Shown: positions 12,188-23,321 of the stretch, piece by piece | Numbering within the stretch: position 1 is the stretch's first letter | Layout: each line of letters begins with the position of its first letter | Assembly (NCBI GenBank): GCA_003427395.1 | Contig: BFEA01000014.1 | Coordinates: 87,754 to 151,753 of the forward strand | Reading direction: 5' to 3' | Length of the DNA stretch: 64,000 nucleotides | DNA from: Chara braunii | Lineage: Eukaryota; Plantae; Charophyceae | Notes under the pieces: model-generated | What the model was told of the DNA's origin: nothing | The model's database searches: none | The model's input: only the letters and a program-made list of their open reading frames with translations | Program-made: the position numbers and the translations under genes

Positions 12188-12975
12188 CTGCAATGTACAA
12201 CACAGATTTCCTTAAGCTGTCTACGATGGTGCAATCAGATGGGGGGAGGGTTTAGGGTTAGCCGTCCGAGAGAGGGAAGAAAAAGAGGCTTCTTCGCAAA
12301 GCACAGAGCACAACACAAACGCAGCCAGGCTCCCTACCATGTTTTATAGAATATACTTCGCTGGTGGGCCGAAATGTAGACCTACAACTACTAATCACAA
12401 GGCCGAAAGTTCAAATCCCGTCTCACAGATAACATAAATTACTACTGTACTTTGCACAAAAGGGGGAAAACTTCAAACAAAAAAGAAAAGCACGCTACAT
12501 GCCAGTGCAAGCATGGCCGTCATACCCTTACACAGGCCAGTAATGGCAAAAGTCTTAGCTCCATGACACGAAGTACATAAAGAAACTTAGCATATGAAGA
12601 CACTCAGTAGAGACTCAGAGAGCATTTGGGGTTATGCTGACATCACCACTTTCATCCACCAGCACCATGGCAGATGCACCACCGAACCTTCAAGCCTACT
12701 CAAGCATTTCGCTCACGCATTTCCCTCAAGTGTTTCCCTCAAGTCTTTTGCTCAAGCATAATGCTTGGTTGTATTCCCTGTTCTTTTTCCGGCAGATAAT
12801 GACCGACTCCATGCCACGGGCAGGACAGAACGTATGTCGATTTTACCTTGGGAGATGAGAGGAGAGGAGAGGAGAGGAGAGGAGACGAGACGAGACGAGA
12901 GGACAAGAGAGGAGAGGACAAGAGAGGATAAGAGAGGACGAGAGAGAACAGGACAGAGATGTATGCCGATATTAC

Positions 12976-13655
12976 CTTGGGGGGTAGGGAAACACCTGTT
13001 CCTTGCAGGACAACACAAAGCTTACGACTTTGATCCCACTTCAAAGTCAGCTCTTCCTGGCATGCTCCTTCCTCCACCGGTTTCCAGGACACCCACAAGC
13101 AAGTCACGCTTCGAGGACGCACGACAAATGAACAAGGCCTACGTTTCGGCTGTCCTGCATACTTATCCAATTCAGCACCATCCTCTGAGTTCTCAAAGTT
13201 GCCTAGATTATCAGGCTGGCAGCTCAGCCTGAATCCCTTGCTACATAGAATCTTGTCTTCAACGACTTCTTTCGGGAGAGAACTGCAATTCTCCACCCAG
13301 AGAGTCACTACCTTTGTGCTCCCAACTCTGACATCGCCGAACGCAAGGACAGGGATGGTGGAAAATCCTTCCGTCAGTCTCAACACCACTAAAGACCTCT
13401 TCGATTCCCCTTTCTCCATAGTCCCATCAAAAGTTTCCCATGATGAAGTGACCTTTTGCCCTCCCTGTTCATTACTGAGTGTCTTCTCAGAGGCATCACT
13501 TCTGCTGGATTGGCAAGTCCAGCTTGAGGCTTTTCCACACTCCTCTGCACGTGGAATATGCCCTGCCGTTGAACCAAGTACTTGGCCTCGATGCTGGTCA
13601 TAACTACCACGATGCATACTCCACGCGCAATCATTTTCCTTATCACTGATGTCAT
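12976..13655 (-). CDS. ASPM: ASPM-like protein, coding exon 2 with ASH (ASPM-SPD2-Hydin)-like domain
   Basis: Contains LAFGDVRVGSTKVVTLWVEN...VSWKPVEEGACQEELTLKW...VVLQGTG, an Ig-like ASH pattern. GTAAT donor at 12975 (phase 0). The 5' boundary is inferred from a TGCAG acceptor at 13658-13656; the ATG at 13722 is an alternative start. Confidence 0.78.
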
Positions 13656-15636
13656 CTGCATCACACAACAGCAAATTACCCAAACACCGCTTCAATTCAT
13701 TTGCAAATTTGAAGGTCCGCATTTACCCCAGCAAGCGTTCAACATTTCAGAAAGGCAAAGGGGTCCAAACGAATGTTGTAGGCAGAAGTTATCATCGAAT
13801 AACCTGTCGACGGTTCAGGATTTACCGTATCAGGCTGAAGGTGCTGAGGGGAGGGAGGGTTAGTTAAATCATCACCCTTCGACATTCAGCCCGGCCTCAC
13901 AGGAAGCTTACCACAGACAAAGCCTTTCGAAGCCAAACGTTTAAAGTCAGAGCGTTCTCAGTAAAACAAAAAAAGGCAAAGAAAATCAGAGAGGAACAAA
14001 TGGTACATCACAAAACGATAATCAAGATATACACATCTTAATGACTGTCTTCAGACTCCACATTTCCCATCCTGATCTTCAAAGATAAGCAAGATATACA
14101 CCTCCAAATTTCCCATCCTGATCTTAAGAGCAGTCAAAAGGTACACCTCCCAGATGACGCCATGCGGCAGCTCATTTGTTTTGATCCGGGCATATCAGTA
14201 ATGTGTACAATCAACGGCAGCGCCCAAATCAGTCATATGAACACAGATCCAGAGCTTCTGGGTGTCGGGATCCCTGGAGAGTATATACCATGGATCAGTT
14301 TAATGCGGAAAGTATATACCAGTAATGTGGACAGGTTTAATGATCGGCAGCGGCCAAAGCAGTCACATGAGCAGCAGCGCCCAAATCAGTCATATGAACA
14401 CAGATCCAGACAGCCCAAGCGGAAAGTATATACCAGTAATGTGGACAGGTTTCATGATCTGGGCTGCTGGGTGTCGGGATCCCTGGAGAGACAGGCTAGC
14501 ATACCCTTGGACCTGAGGGGGACTGCCTATCTAGGCCCCCTAGCGTCTTCACCCGAGTAGAACGCCCAGTCATTAGAGCTGTATTTGAGCAACTTTCAGT
14601 CTAGATACAGCGATAATGACCAGGCAAGATTGGTAATACCTGCTAGATTGGCCAAACAAATTACTGCAAATTTGGCCATAAAATAGAACACCCCATCCTG
14701 CGGGCCCCTATACTGGGGAGTCATGGTGAGGGTGTGACTAGTTCGCGCGTTCTCTGTTGGTATTTCACAAGTAATAAGGGAGTTTGCTCTCTGGCAGCAT
14801 ATGTATGAGACGGCACTGATCAGCTAGATATGAGCACAGCATGTCAAGTTTTGTAATTAAGAAAATTAAAATTAAAAAAAGGGAAAAATAGATAAGATAG
14901 TTGGATTTTCATAGTGGAAAACAGAGGGTCCTACATAATCAGCTGGGCCGTACTCATCAGTATAAGTTATGGGAGGAGGAAACTGAGCGTGAGTTATTGC
15001 GGTGTTTTATAAAGGGCCTCCCCTCCTGCAGCCTGTTAAGCATACCTCAGGGTTGGCTGAGCTTCACTCCCATCCCATCTCAAGGAACACATGCTTTGAA
15101 AAAACAAAAGGACACAGAAACAGGTGAACTGCAAAGAGAAGAAGCGAACAGAAACAAGGACACAGAAACAGGTGAACTGCAAAGAGAAGAAGCGAACAGA
15201 AACAAGGACACAAACAGAACGAAGGAACAAAAGTGGAAAACAAAAATCGCTGCTGAATACACCCCATGGGTGGCTGGGCTTTAACGCCTATCCCACCCTC
15301 AACGACCACAACATTTGAGAAAACAAAAAGAAGGCCAAAAGCACACGTAGAATTGCAAAGACAAGGAGAAAACATGAACAAGAACAGAAACAGAACCAAA
15401 CAACAAAAATCGAAAACAAACAGCCGCTCCCCTCACCGAGCACAAAATCTGAACTAACAAATCTTTTAAAAAAAATTAAAAAAATAAAACAAAAAACAAA
15501 AAAAAAAAACAAAAGAACAGAACCTTGCGGGTTCAAAATCCAAACCTTCCAAAAAACAACGAGAAGGGCAAAAGCACCTTTTTGTTTTTGAAAGAAACAA
15601 AAAGAAGAGCAGAAGCAAACGAGTAAAGGATTGCAA

Positions 15637-15820
15637 CCAGTTGGTACACCCCTTGAACTGTTGAAATGCAGACCTTAGTTCGAATTCCACTGAAAGCAGA
15701 TGAGTAAAATACTGTATTACATACAATTCTGAATTACCCAGGGCCGGTCAGTTCGATAATGATAGATCATATCATGGCCATTGCCTTTTTCAAATAAAAA
15801 GAAAGAAAGAAAAAAAAGGA
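15637..15820 (+). mobile_element. tRNA-derived SINE, copy 1
   Basis: CAGTTGGTACAC...TGTTGAAATGCAGACC...GTTCGAATTCC (B box). Shares its 3' body GAATTACCCAGGGCCGGTCAGTTCGAT and an A-rich tail with copies 2 and 3. Confidence 0.65.
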
Positions 15821-16689
15821 AACAGAACCAAAGAACAAATGTATACCACACATAACATCGGCCTTCCTATTGGTTATTCAGAAGCGCAGCGGTTTACTCA
15901 CCTGTTCCTCCCCATCCTATCCCATCCGTCCGCCCAGCAATCATCCCTCGCCCAGCCCTACCGGAGCCAGCAACCATGCTCATCGCTTCAGCTTCTGTGC
16001 TTTGGCCACTTCGAGCCGCCCTGCGGAAAAGTCCTGGGTCTTCAAGCGACCACCTCTCCTCAAGGCTTCAAGACTGAGCACAAATCAAAAGAGCACAGCA
16101 TAGTTCGAATATGAGGCTATCGAGCACATCAATTGACAAGACCTTATCCACATCCCGGGTCTTCAAGCGACCACCTCTCCTCAAGGCTTCAAGACTGAGC
16201 AACAAATCAAAACAGCACACAGCATACTTCGAATCTGAGGCTATTGACCACATCAAGACCTTATCCGAACTACTGAGCTTGTCAAATTGTCAATCACTCG
16301 AGTAATACGTCGAGCCTTGTCAATCACCGAACTACTGAGCTTGTCAAATTGTCAATCACTTACACAGCATGTAATACGTCGTTAGAACTTCTCGAGTATT
16401 TTTTTCAAAAGAAGTTAGCCACAAAGAGACTATCGATTTGTTCAGTGATTGTTCTTTGGTTGTGCGATTGCGGAAGGCAAATTTGGATCAATTGATTTCA
16501 ACAACCGATTTGTTCATATTTCAGAATTTGAGAATCCAATAGAAGTTAGCCACTTGACTATTGATTCGTTCATATTTCAGAATTTGAGAATTCCGAATTC
16601 GATCTAAATAACCTAATAGATGACAACAGGGCTGAGCTACTCAGTATCCAATTGATAACCTTATAGATCACAACATAGCTGAGCACTTC

Positions 16690-16777
16690 GGAACAACAAT
16701 AGACAATAGAAGATTAGCATGGCCGCTGCTGCGCAAGCATGACATGCATACGTCGAGAAATGGTCCAAAAAAAAAAA
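16690..16777 (+). pseudogene. U6 snRNA retrocopy 2 with poly(A)
   Basis: AGAAGATTAGCATGGCC...TGCGCAAGCATGACATGCATACGTCGAGAAATGGTCC followed by A11. Candidate TSD TTATAGATCACA (16661) / TTATAGAACACA (16822). Confidence 0.88.
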
Positions 16778-17176
16778 CGAAGGAGAAAGAGGGGGGGGAA
16801 CCAAACAATAGACAGAAGAAGTTATAGAACACAGGGATTCACCGCACAGCTGAACTCGTACGTACACAGGGATGCCAATCGATCACAGAGCATAGAAAAA
16901 AACCGTCAGGGACTCAATAAGTAGAGCACAGTTGAAACATTTGGGGGTGGGGTGCACAGAATGCCCATGCGGCTAGTGCCACAAGGGTTAGGCTGACCCC
17001 CCTCCTCCTCTCTTCTTTTCTCCCCCATTGCCTCGGTACAAGCATGCTTGCCGGGGAGAAGTAACCAGACTGCAGCCCCCCAGAATAGACGGGGCTTGTG
17101 TGTGTTTAAAATACATAATGATAATCAAATTAAAAAAAGATACATTCCTTATGGTACACCCCAAACTACCCTTCAA

Positions 17177-17350
17177 ACCAATGAGCCTAGCTCAGTTGGT
17201 ATACACCTGGACTATTGAAATACAGACCTGCTGAGTTCAGATCCTGCCGGACCTTGATGAAATGTATAAATCATTCTCTGAGTTACCTCAATCACTGTCC
17301 GATCAATGAAGATATCTTAAGCGCGTCGCCTTTTTTAAAAAAGAAAAAAA
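17177..17350 (+). mobile_element. tRNA-derived SINE, copy 2
   Basis: A box TAGCTCAGTTGG, B-box-like GAGTTCAGATCC and an A tail. TSD TACCCTTCAA at 17167 and 17352. Confidence 0.8.
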
Positions 17351-17744
17351 GTACCCTTCAATATCCGTTCCCAGTTAAACACCAACCCCCTACTTCCCTA
17401 AGCCATAGGGAGATATAATTAGCCCGTACTTCCCTAAACCCTTTAAAACCACGCCCTCCCCATCCTCTCTCCCGGCGCCATTTTCAGCATTGAAACGTAC
17501 TGACCGTTGTTCCTTGCAGCGGGCGCTGTTATTGATACATTATAAGTTGATGTCCACCAAGAATTTGACTTCCTGGCTGCGCCACGTCCATGCGAATGAG
17601 TACAGAGAAGGGGAGACCGCCCCGGTTTTCTCTCTCTCCTCCCTCGAGCACTTTCAGACCTAGCCCACACTAACGCGATTATTCAAGCATTCGACTTCAT
17701 ACCATCGCGGCCCTCCATAGCTGCGCACTGCCGAGAACAACAAC

Positions 17745-17833
17745 CTTGGACCCTCCATAGCCATTGGACCCTCCATAGCCCTTGGACCCTCCATACCCCT
17801 TGGACCCTCCATACCCCTTGGACCCTCCATAGC
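17745..17833. repeat. 18-bp tandem repeat, about 5 copies
   Basis: Units of CCTTGGACCCTCCATAGC. Confidence 0.85.
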
Positions 17834-18660
17834 CGCGCACTGCCGAGAAGAACAACCTTGAAAGCTCATCCCTCGTACATCCCTCCCTACTAACAGAGTA
17901 GCTAGGCCATAAGATCGGTCTCTTCATCTGGCGCTTTTCATGGGCAGAATGCTGATGGTAATCTGCAATCTCCACTGCATGATGGCATGGCAATGAAACT
18001 GACCCGCCGACGATGTTCCATAGATCGATCTATCATGATGACAGCCGACAATTTTAATACCTCTTACACTTCCTTGACTGACTTGTAGTGCTAACAACTG
18101 CGCCTCCTACACTTATACCTGTAACCAGGTCATATCACCACATGAATCACTTCCACAACCATCATGTTTCATAAGCAGAATGCACTGACAATCTGCAATA
18201 TCAGCACCATGTCTACGACTCTCTTCATCTGCCACTTGTCATGAGCAGATTTGACGATAGCAAACAACGCATGGCAATCAAGTTATATTCACAATAATGT
18301 TCATTAGCTCTTTCACGATGTCAAAGGTCTCCCACACATCAACATTCTACAACGCTCTCCAATCCACCACGACGCCCAGCAACGTTGCCCGCAAGCAACA
18401 GCACTGCCACAACAGCATTTCTACTGTGTTGAGATCACTTCATAACATGGTCGACTGCATTGCCATTGATTTTTTCATCGCATTTTCTCAATGTCCAGCT
18501 TTGGACATGAAAATACTCAATGGCAATGCCGACATCACGTCAACGGTAAGGCCGTTATCTTTTTTACGTGCAGCGCCCTCCTTCCTACTTAAACGACATG
18601 TTCTCACATCTCCCTCGGTAGATCATTGCAACGGCTGCCTTCAAGATTAAAGGCTCGTGC

Positions 18661-18911
18661 ACCAGTGAGCTTGGCTCAGTCGATACACTAGAATTCTGTT
18701 GAAATCCAGTGGAACCAGACGAGCGACATACACTAGAATTCTGTTGAAATGCAGACGAGTGACATACACTAGAATTCTGTTGAAATCCAGTGGAAGCAGA
18801 CGAGCGACATATACTAGAATTGTGAATTACCTAGGGCCGGTCAGTTCGATGATGATATCTCAAGGACGTCGCCCTTGTCAAAAAAGAAGGAAAAAAGGAG
18901 GGAAAAAAAAA
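18661..18911 (+). mobile_element. tRNA-derived SINE, copy 3 (internal tandem rearrangement)
   Basis: Starts ACCAGTGAGCTTGGCTCAGTCG like copy 2 and has the same 3' body and A-rich tail. TSD GATTAAAGGCTCGTGC / GATGAAAGGCTCGTTC. Confidence 0.75.
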
Positions 18912-19689
18912 GATGAAAGGCTCGTTCTCACGAACAAGCTCTGTAAACCAATACCCCACAACGCCTTCCTCTGCCGTTGGCGATCTGAGTCGCGGCCCAG
19001 CTACGATGGCTGCAACAGAGGATGAACAAAGGCTGAAGGAGATCATAACAAAGGATGAAGAAGATGAAAGCAGTGGATGAAAAAAAACAAAGCAGAGAGA
19101 GACACAGAGAGAGCGAAAGAAATGAAAACAGAGGATAAACAGATTAGAATAGACAGAGTGAAAAAAAGCGATGATTACAAGGAGTAAAAGAGAGAATATG
19201 ATAATCGATCCCTCACTTTCCTCCGCCATAGGAACTCTCCACCAACATCAGCTTCCACCTCACATCACCATGCCATGTGAATTATTTTCCCTCGTTTCAA
19301 ATTGCACAGGACAACAAAACCACTCGGCGGAAGACAATGTCACAAAATAACAAAGAACGGTCGAAAAAAAAGAGATCGACTCCACCCTTGTGTCCATCTT
19401 CTTCTCTGCCTCTGCGGTCCTTTCCTCCGCTCTCTTCGCCCTAACTCCACGCTGTGCCATACCATTGTAAGGCACACTGGTCCTCTGCCTGGCACATGAC
19501 CATCCTCCTGACGTCCATGTGACCCCAACAGCCAGCTGACATGAACGCTAGCTTCGCCTTCATGGCCGAGCCAACCTTTTTTTTTTTTTTTTTTTTTTTT
19601 GGCCGCGCCAACCTTCTCCCTACGGCCCAGCGAAAAGCTACATGTCGCGTGATTGCACTGATACATCTACAAACTGCATACTCACATTA

Positions 19690-19793
19690 CTATCTACACC
19701 CGACTACAACGCCCGGTCATTATGGCTGTATTTGGGCACTTTCCAGTCCAGATGCAGCGATCATGACTGGGCGTTCTATTCGGGTGAAGACGG
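19690..19793. mobile_element. ~100-bp Tc1/mariner(pogo)-type MITE; other copies at about 14543-14625, 22068-22167, 22491-22590, 22757-22909 and 24152-24257
   Basis: TA TSD, TIR consensus CCGTCTTCMCCCGAATAGAACG...CGTTCTATTCGGGKGAAGACGG. Most copies share the core CTTTCAGTCTAGATACAGCG. Confidence 0.8.
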
Positions 19794-20040
19794 TAGGAGT
19801 TTTAACGGCAAGAGACATCCGGGAGCAAGGTCCCACTAGAGCACGGGTTTCGATTAACGCGCCCGAATCTGGATGTGTCTCACGCAGACATGCAGAAAAG
19901 CAGATCCATCGCATTCTTTTGCACCTTTCCCACAAACACGTCCACATTCAGTCTTAATAAAACCCCCTCTGCTGGTGGGACCTGGCCCCAGGAGAGTCCT
20001 TGAATTCAGTACAAGGAGTGCTAGAGTGCTGTGGCCCGTG

Positions 20041-20078
<38 letters not shown>

Positions 20079-20334
20079 CTGTGGCCCGTTCTAACTCACG
20101 TAGAATATACAATACAAAAACAGTTTGATCAACGGGACACGCGCGAGAATCGGGACACGTAGAACTATCACTTCTACTGCCAGAGTCACGTAGTCTCTGC
20201 GCGAGGATCGGGACACGCGACTCCCCTCTCTCATAAGCTAGAGACAGAAAACGTAGCTCACGGGATTCACGGTCACTGACCGCTGCAGTTCACGGCCTAC
20301 CAGTACGCGAAAGTCGGAAGCATATGGCGCCGTA

Positions 20335-20428
<94 letters not shown>

Positions 20429-21761
20429 GCTAGCTCCTGAAGAGTACGTTCACGGTCGGACTTTCCGTCTCACGCCATCCTTCCAAACGCCAAACTGCAA
20501 GATAAGGCTGCTCAATCAACGGGCGGTAAACAGTGCAGGGCTGGGGCAGCATGCAACATCACATTTCAAAACGAAGATAGGAACGAGAACGAGCGGGCCC
20601 AGGAAGGCGGCCTCACGAAGCGCAGCACCAAGCGACCCGAAGATTGTTCGCACAGCACATGACTCTACATTCTTCTTGCCTAATCGATGTGGTCCGGTCT
20701 GTAAAATTGTGCCAGACCTGCCTGAAGTCGTCATCCTGCTCTTCACTTTCCACGAGGGACAGAGAGCCCGACCAGAACGATGAGGCGATGATCGACCTGG
20801 CAGATCTGGGCGTCGAAAATAAAAAAATTAAGCTCCTATCCATAACTGTCGGTCGGGATGTTGCTGATACCGTAACAACGGACACAACATAAGGAGGAGC
20901 TAGGACTCACCATACACAGGACAATGAAGAGCACCAACCAGAGGGTTGTTAGAACCATACCAACACCCGTTTCCGCGTGCTATGATGGAGATGAGAAAGT
21001 GAGCGGGATGAAGAGGAGAGAGAGAGAGAGAGAGGCAGAGGGAGATCTGAGCTTTACCGTCTCCAACACACAGGCACGAGGGAACAGAAAGTCGCGTTCC
21101 ATCTGGTCTAGAGAAAAGACGACTACGGAAGAACAAACACCAGCAGAAGAAGGCGGATGAAGAGAGGAGAGAGAGAGAGAGAGAGGCAGAGGGAGATAAG
21201 ATGGAGGATCAGAGGGGAACAACGGAAAGACAAGGAGGAAAAAGTCGGAGAGAGCAAGCAAAGAGGAGGTAAGACTAACAAACGGGGAAAAAATAGGGGA
21301 GGAAAGAAAAGAGCGGGATTTCTCCAAATGCGGCAATAACGAGAGCAGGAGGGAGGAGCACGAAGGAAGGAAGAATGGAGTAAGAGGGACGGAACGAGGA
21401 CGAAGGAGGAGACGAGTAGTAGGAAAAGGAAGAGGGAGGGAAAGAAAAGGTAAACAAACAAGAGAGCGGACTTCTGGAGAAGCGAGGCGGCGCAATTGGA
21501 GACATCAGGGAAAACTAGATGGAAAAGTGATGGGCGCAGGCCATCACAGATGGAAAACTGGAGGAGGAGGAGGAGGGGGAGAGCGGAAAGGTGATGAATA
21601 CTTAGCGATGGCAAGGAGGAGGAGGAGAGCGCGCAGGCAATCACAGATGACGGGCATTTTGAAATAATCGCGGTGGAGAAATTTGTTTCCCTGGCTCATG
21701 GGCGCGCTACGGAGAGGAGGGGGAGAGTAAGTCAGAGGTAGAGGTAGGAAGAGAACGAGCC

Positions 21762-22620
21762 GGAGGAAAGAAGCGGGAAGAGGAAGAGGGAACAAAACGG
21801 CATGCAGACGGGAGATGAGGTACGGAAGGGAGGCAGATCGCGTCTATACGACCTGAGTCAATGAGCTTTATTACAACAGAGAGATGGACAAAGATCAGCA
21901 GCAGAGTAGAAGAAGAAGAACGATTAAGAGAAAAATGACGGCTGCTAATGTGGTCGATGGAGTGGTTTCGTGTTTTTTTTTTGTTTCTTTTTTTTTTTGA
22001 TGGGGCGGTTTCGTGTGTGAAAGGAACGCCGAGAGCGAAATGCTGACAATATCGTTCGGCCAAGCTACCGCCTTCCACCGGATAGAACGTTTGGTCGTTA
22101 TTGCCGTATTTGGGCCAACTTTCAGTCTAGATACAGCGATGCTAACCTTAACGCGTGGGAAAGACAGTAGATCGTAGGCAAAAAATGAAACGGAGGAAAG
22201 AAGCGGGAAGAGGAAGAGGGAACAAAACGGCATGCAGACGGGAGATGAGATACGGAAGGGAGGCAGATCGCGTCTATACGACCTGAGTCAATGAGCTTTA
22301 TTACAAAAGAGTGATGGACAAAGATCAGCAGCAGAGTAGGAGAAGAAGGACGATTAAGAGAAAAATGACGGCTGCTAATGTGGTCGATGGGGTGGTTTCG
22401 TTTTTTTTTTGTTTTTTTTTTGATGGGGCAGTTTCGTGTGTGAAAGGAACGCCGAGAGCGAAACGCTGTCAATATCGTTCGGCCAAGCTACCGCCTTCCC
22501 CCGGATAGAACGTTTGGTCGTTATTGCCGTATTTGGGCCAACTTTCAGTCTAGATACAGCGATGCTAACCTTAACGCGTGGGAAAGACGGTAGATGGTAG
22601 GCAAAAAATGAAACGGAGAA
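21762..22620. repeat. Tandem duplication of about 423-430 bp, each unit with a MITE
   Basis: GGAGGAAAGAAGCGGGAAGAGG... recurs at 21762 and 22192 with near-identical downstream sequence. Confidence 0.9.
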
Positions 22621-22718
22621 GGACGGACAATTCCACAAGAGTTGCGCAAAGAATCAACGAGGAGGGGACGACGAGGAGGACGAAATTGCTGTCATCGTGA
22701 TGATAGGAAGACGCGGCT

Positions 22719-22966
22719 GACATCCGTCAAAATTGGAGCGATACACAGGAGATTTACAGTCTTCCCCCGAATAGAACGTACGATCATTCTTGCTGTACTG
22801 GATACTGACGAAGGATGAATAGTACTGAATAGTACTGAATAGTACTGAATAGTACTTTCAGTCTAGATACAGGGATATTGACGATACGTTCCATTCGGGG
22901 CAAGACTGGTAGCATGGCCCCTGCGTAAGGATGACGCGCCAAAATCGAGAACTGGTCCAAATTCTT
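22719..22966 (+). pseudogene. U6 snRNA retrocopy 3, interrupted by a MITE at 22757-22909
   Basis: GACATCCGTCAAAATTGGAGCGATACACAGGAGATT(TA), then the MITE, then (TA)GCATGGCCCCTGCGTAAGGATGACGCGCCAAAATCGAGAACTGGTCCAAATT and an A-rich tail. Confidence 0.9.
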
Positions 22967-23197
22967 CACCAAAAGAAAAAGAACACCAAAAAGAAAACGA
23001 ACAGGGGATAATAGTCGGCCTACATTCATGGGCTATCGAGCAAACGCTATATGAAAATATTGCCTCAATGTAAAAACGTATACATAAACATAAAGAAAAC
23101 AAGAAAAATGAAATCATTTATATATATACATAAATAAAAATTGTCGTAGAGAACTGTCAGATGAGCCTTTGGGCAGAAAGGGAGAGAAGTCGTCCGA

Positions 23198-23321
23198 GAC
23201 ATCCTTTAAAATTGGACGATACCCAAAAAAAAAAAAAAAAAAAAAAAGGACGATACAGAGAAGATTAGAATGGCCCCCGCGCAAGGGTGACACGCATAAA
23301 TCAAGAAAATGGTCAAATTTT
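23198..23321 (+). pseudogene. U6 snRNA retrocopy 4, interrupted by a CC(A)23 insertion
   Basis: GACATCCTTTAAAATTGGACGATAC-CC(A)23-GGACGATACAGAGAAGATTAGAATGGCCCCCGCGCAAGGGTGACACGCATAAATCAAGAAAATGGTCAAATTTT. Outer TSD-like AAAGGGAGAGAAG / AAAGGGAGAAAAG. Confidence 0.92.

Noticed and set aside
12350-12425. tRNA-like B box GTTCAAATCCC
   Set aside because: The A box and stems are too degraded to support a call.
14940-14975. Second hammerhead (CTGATGAG on the minus strand)
   Set aside because: No stem II followed by GAAA and no stem III.
17181-17250. Functional tRNA gene
   Set aside because: The cloverleaf is not intact; it has a SINE body, an A tail and a TSD.
21933-21955. AATGACGGCTGCTAATGTGG as a U4 fragment
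   Set aside because: Too short and gapped, with no flanking U4 similarity.
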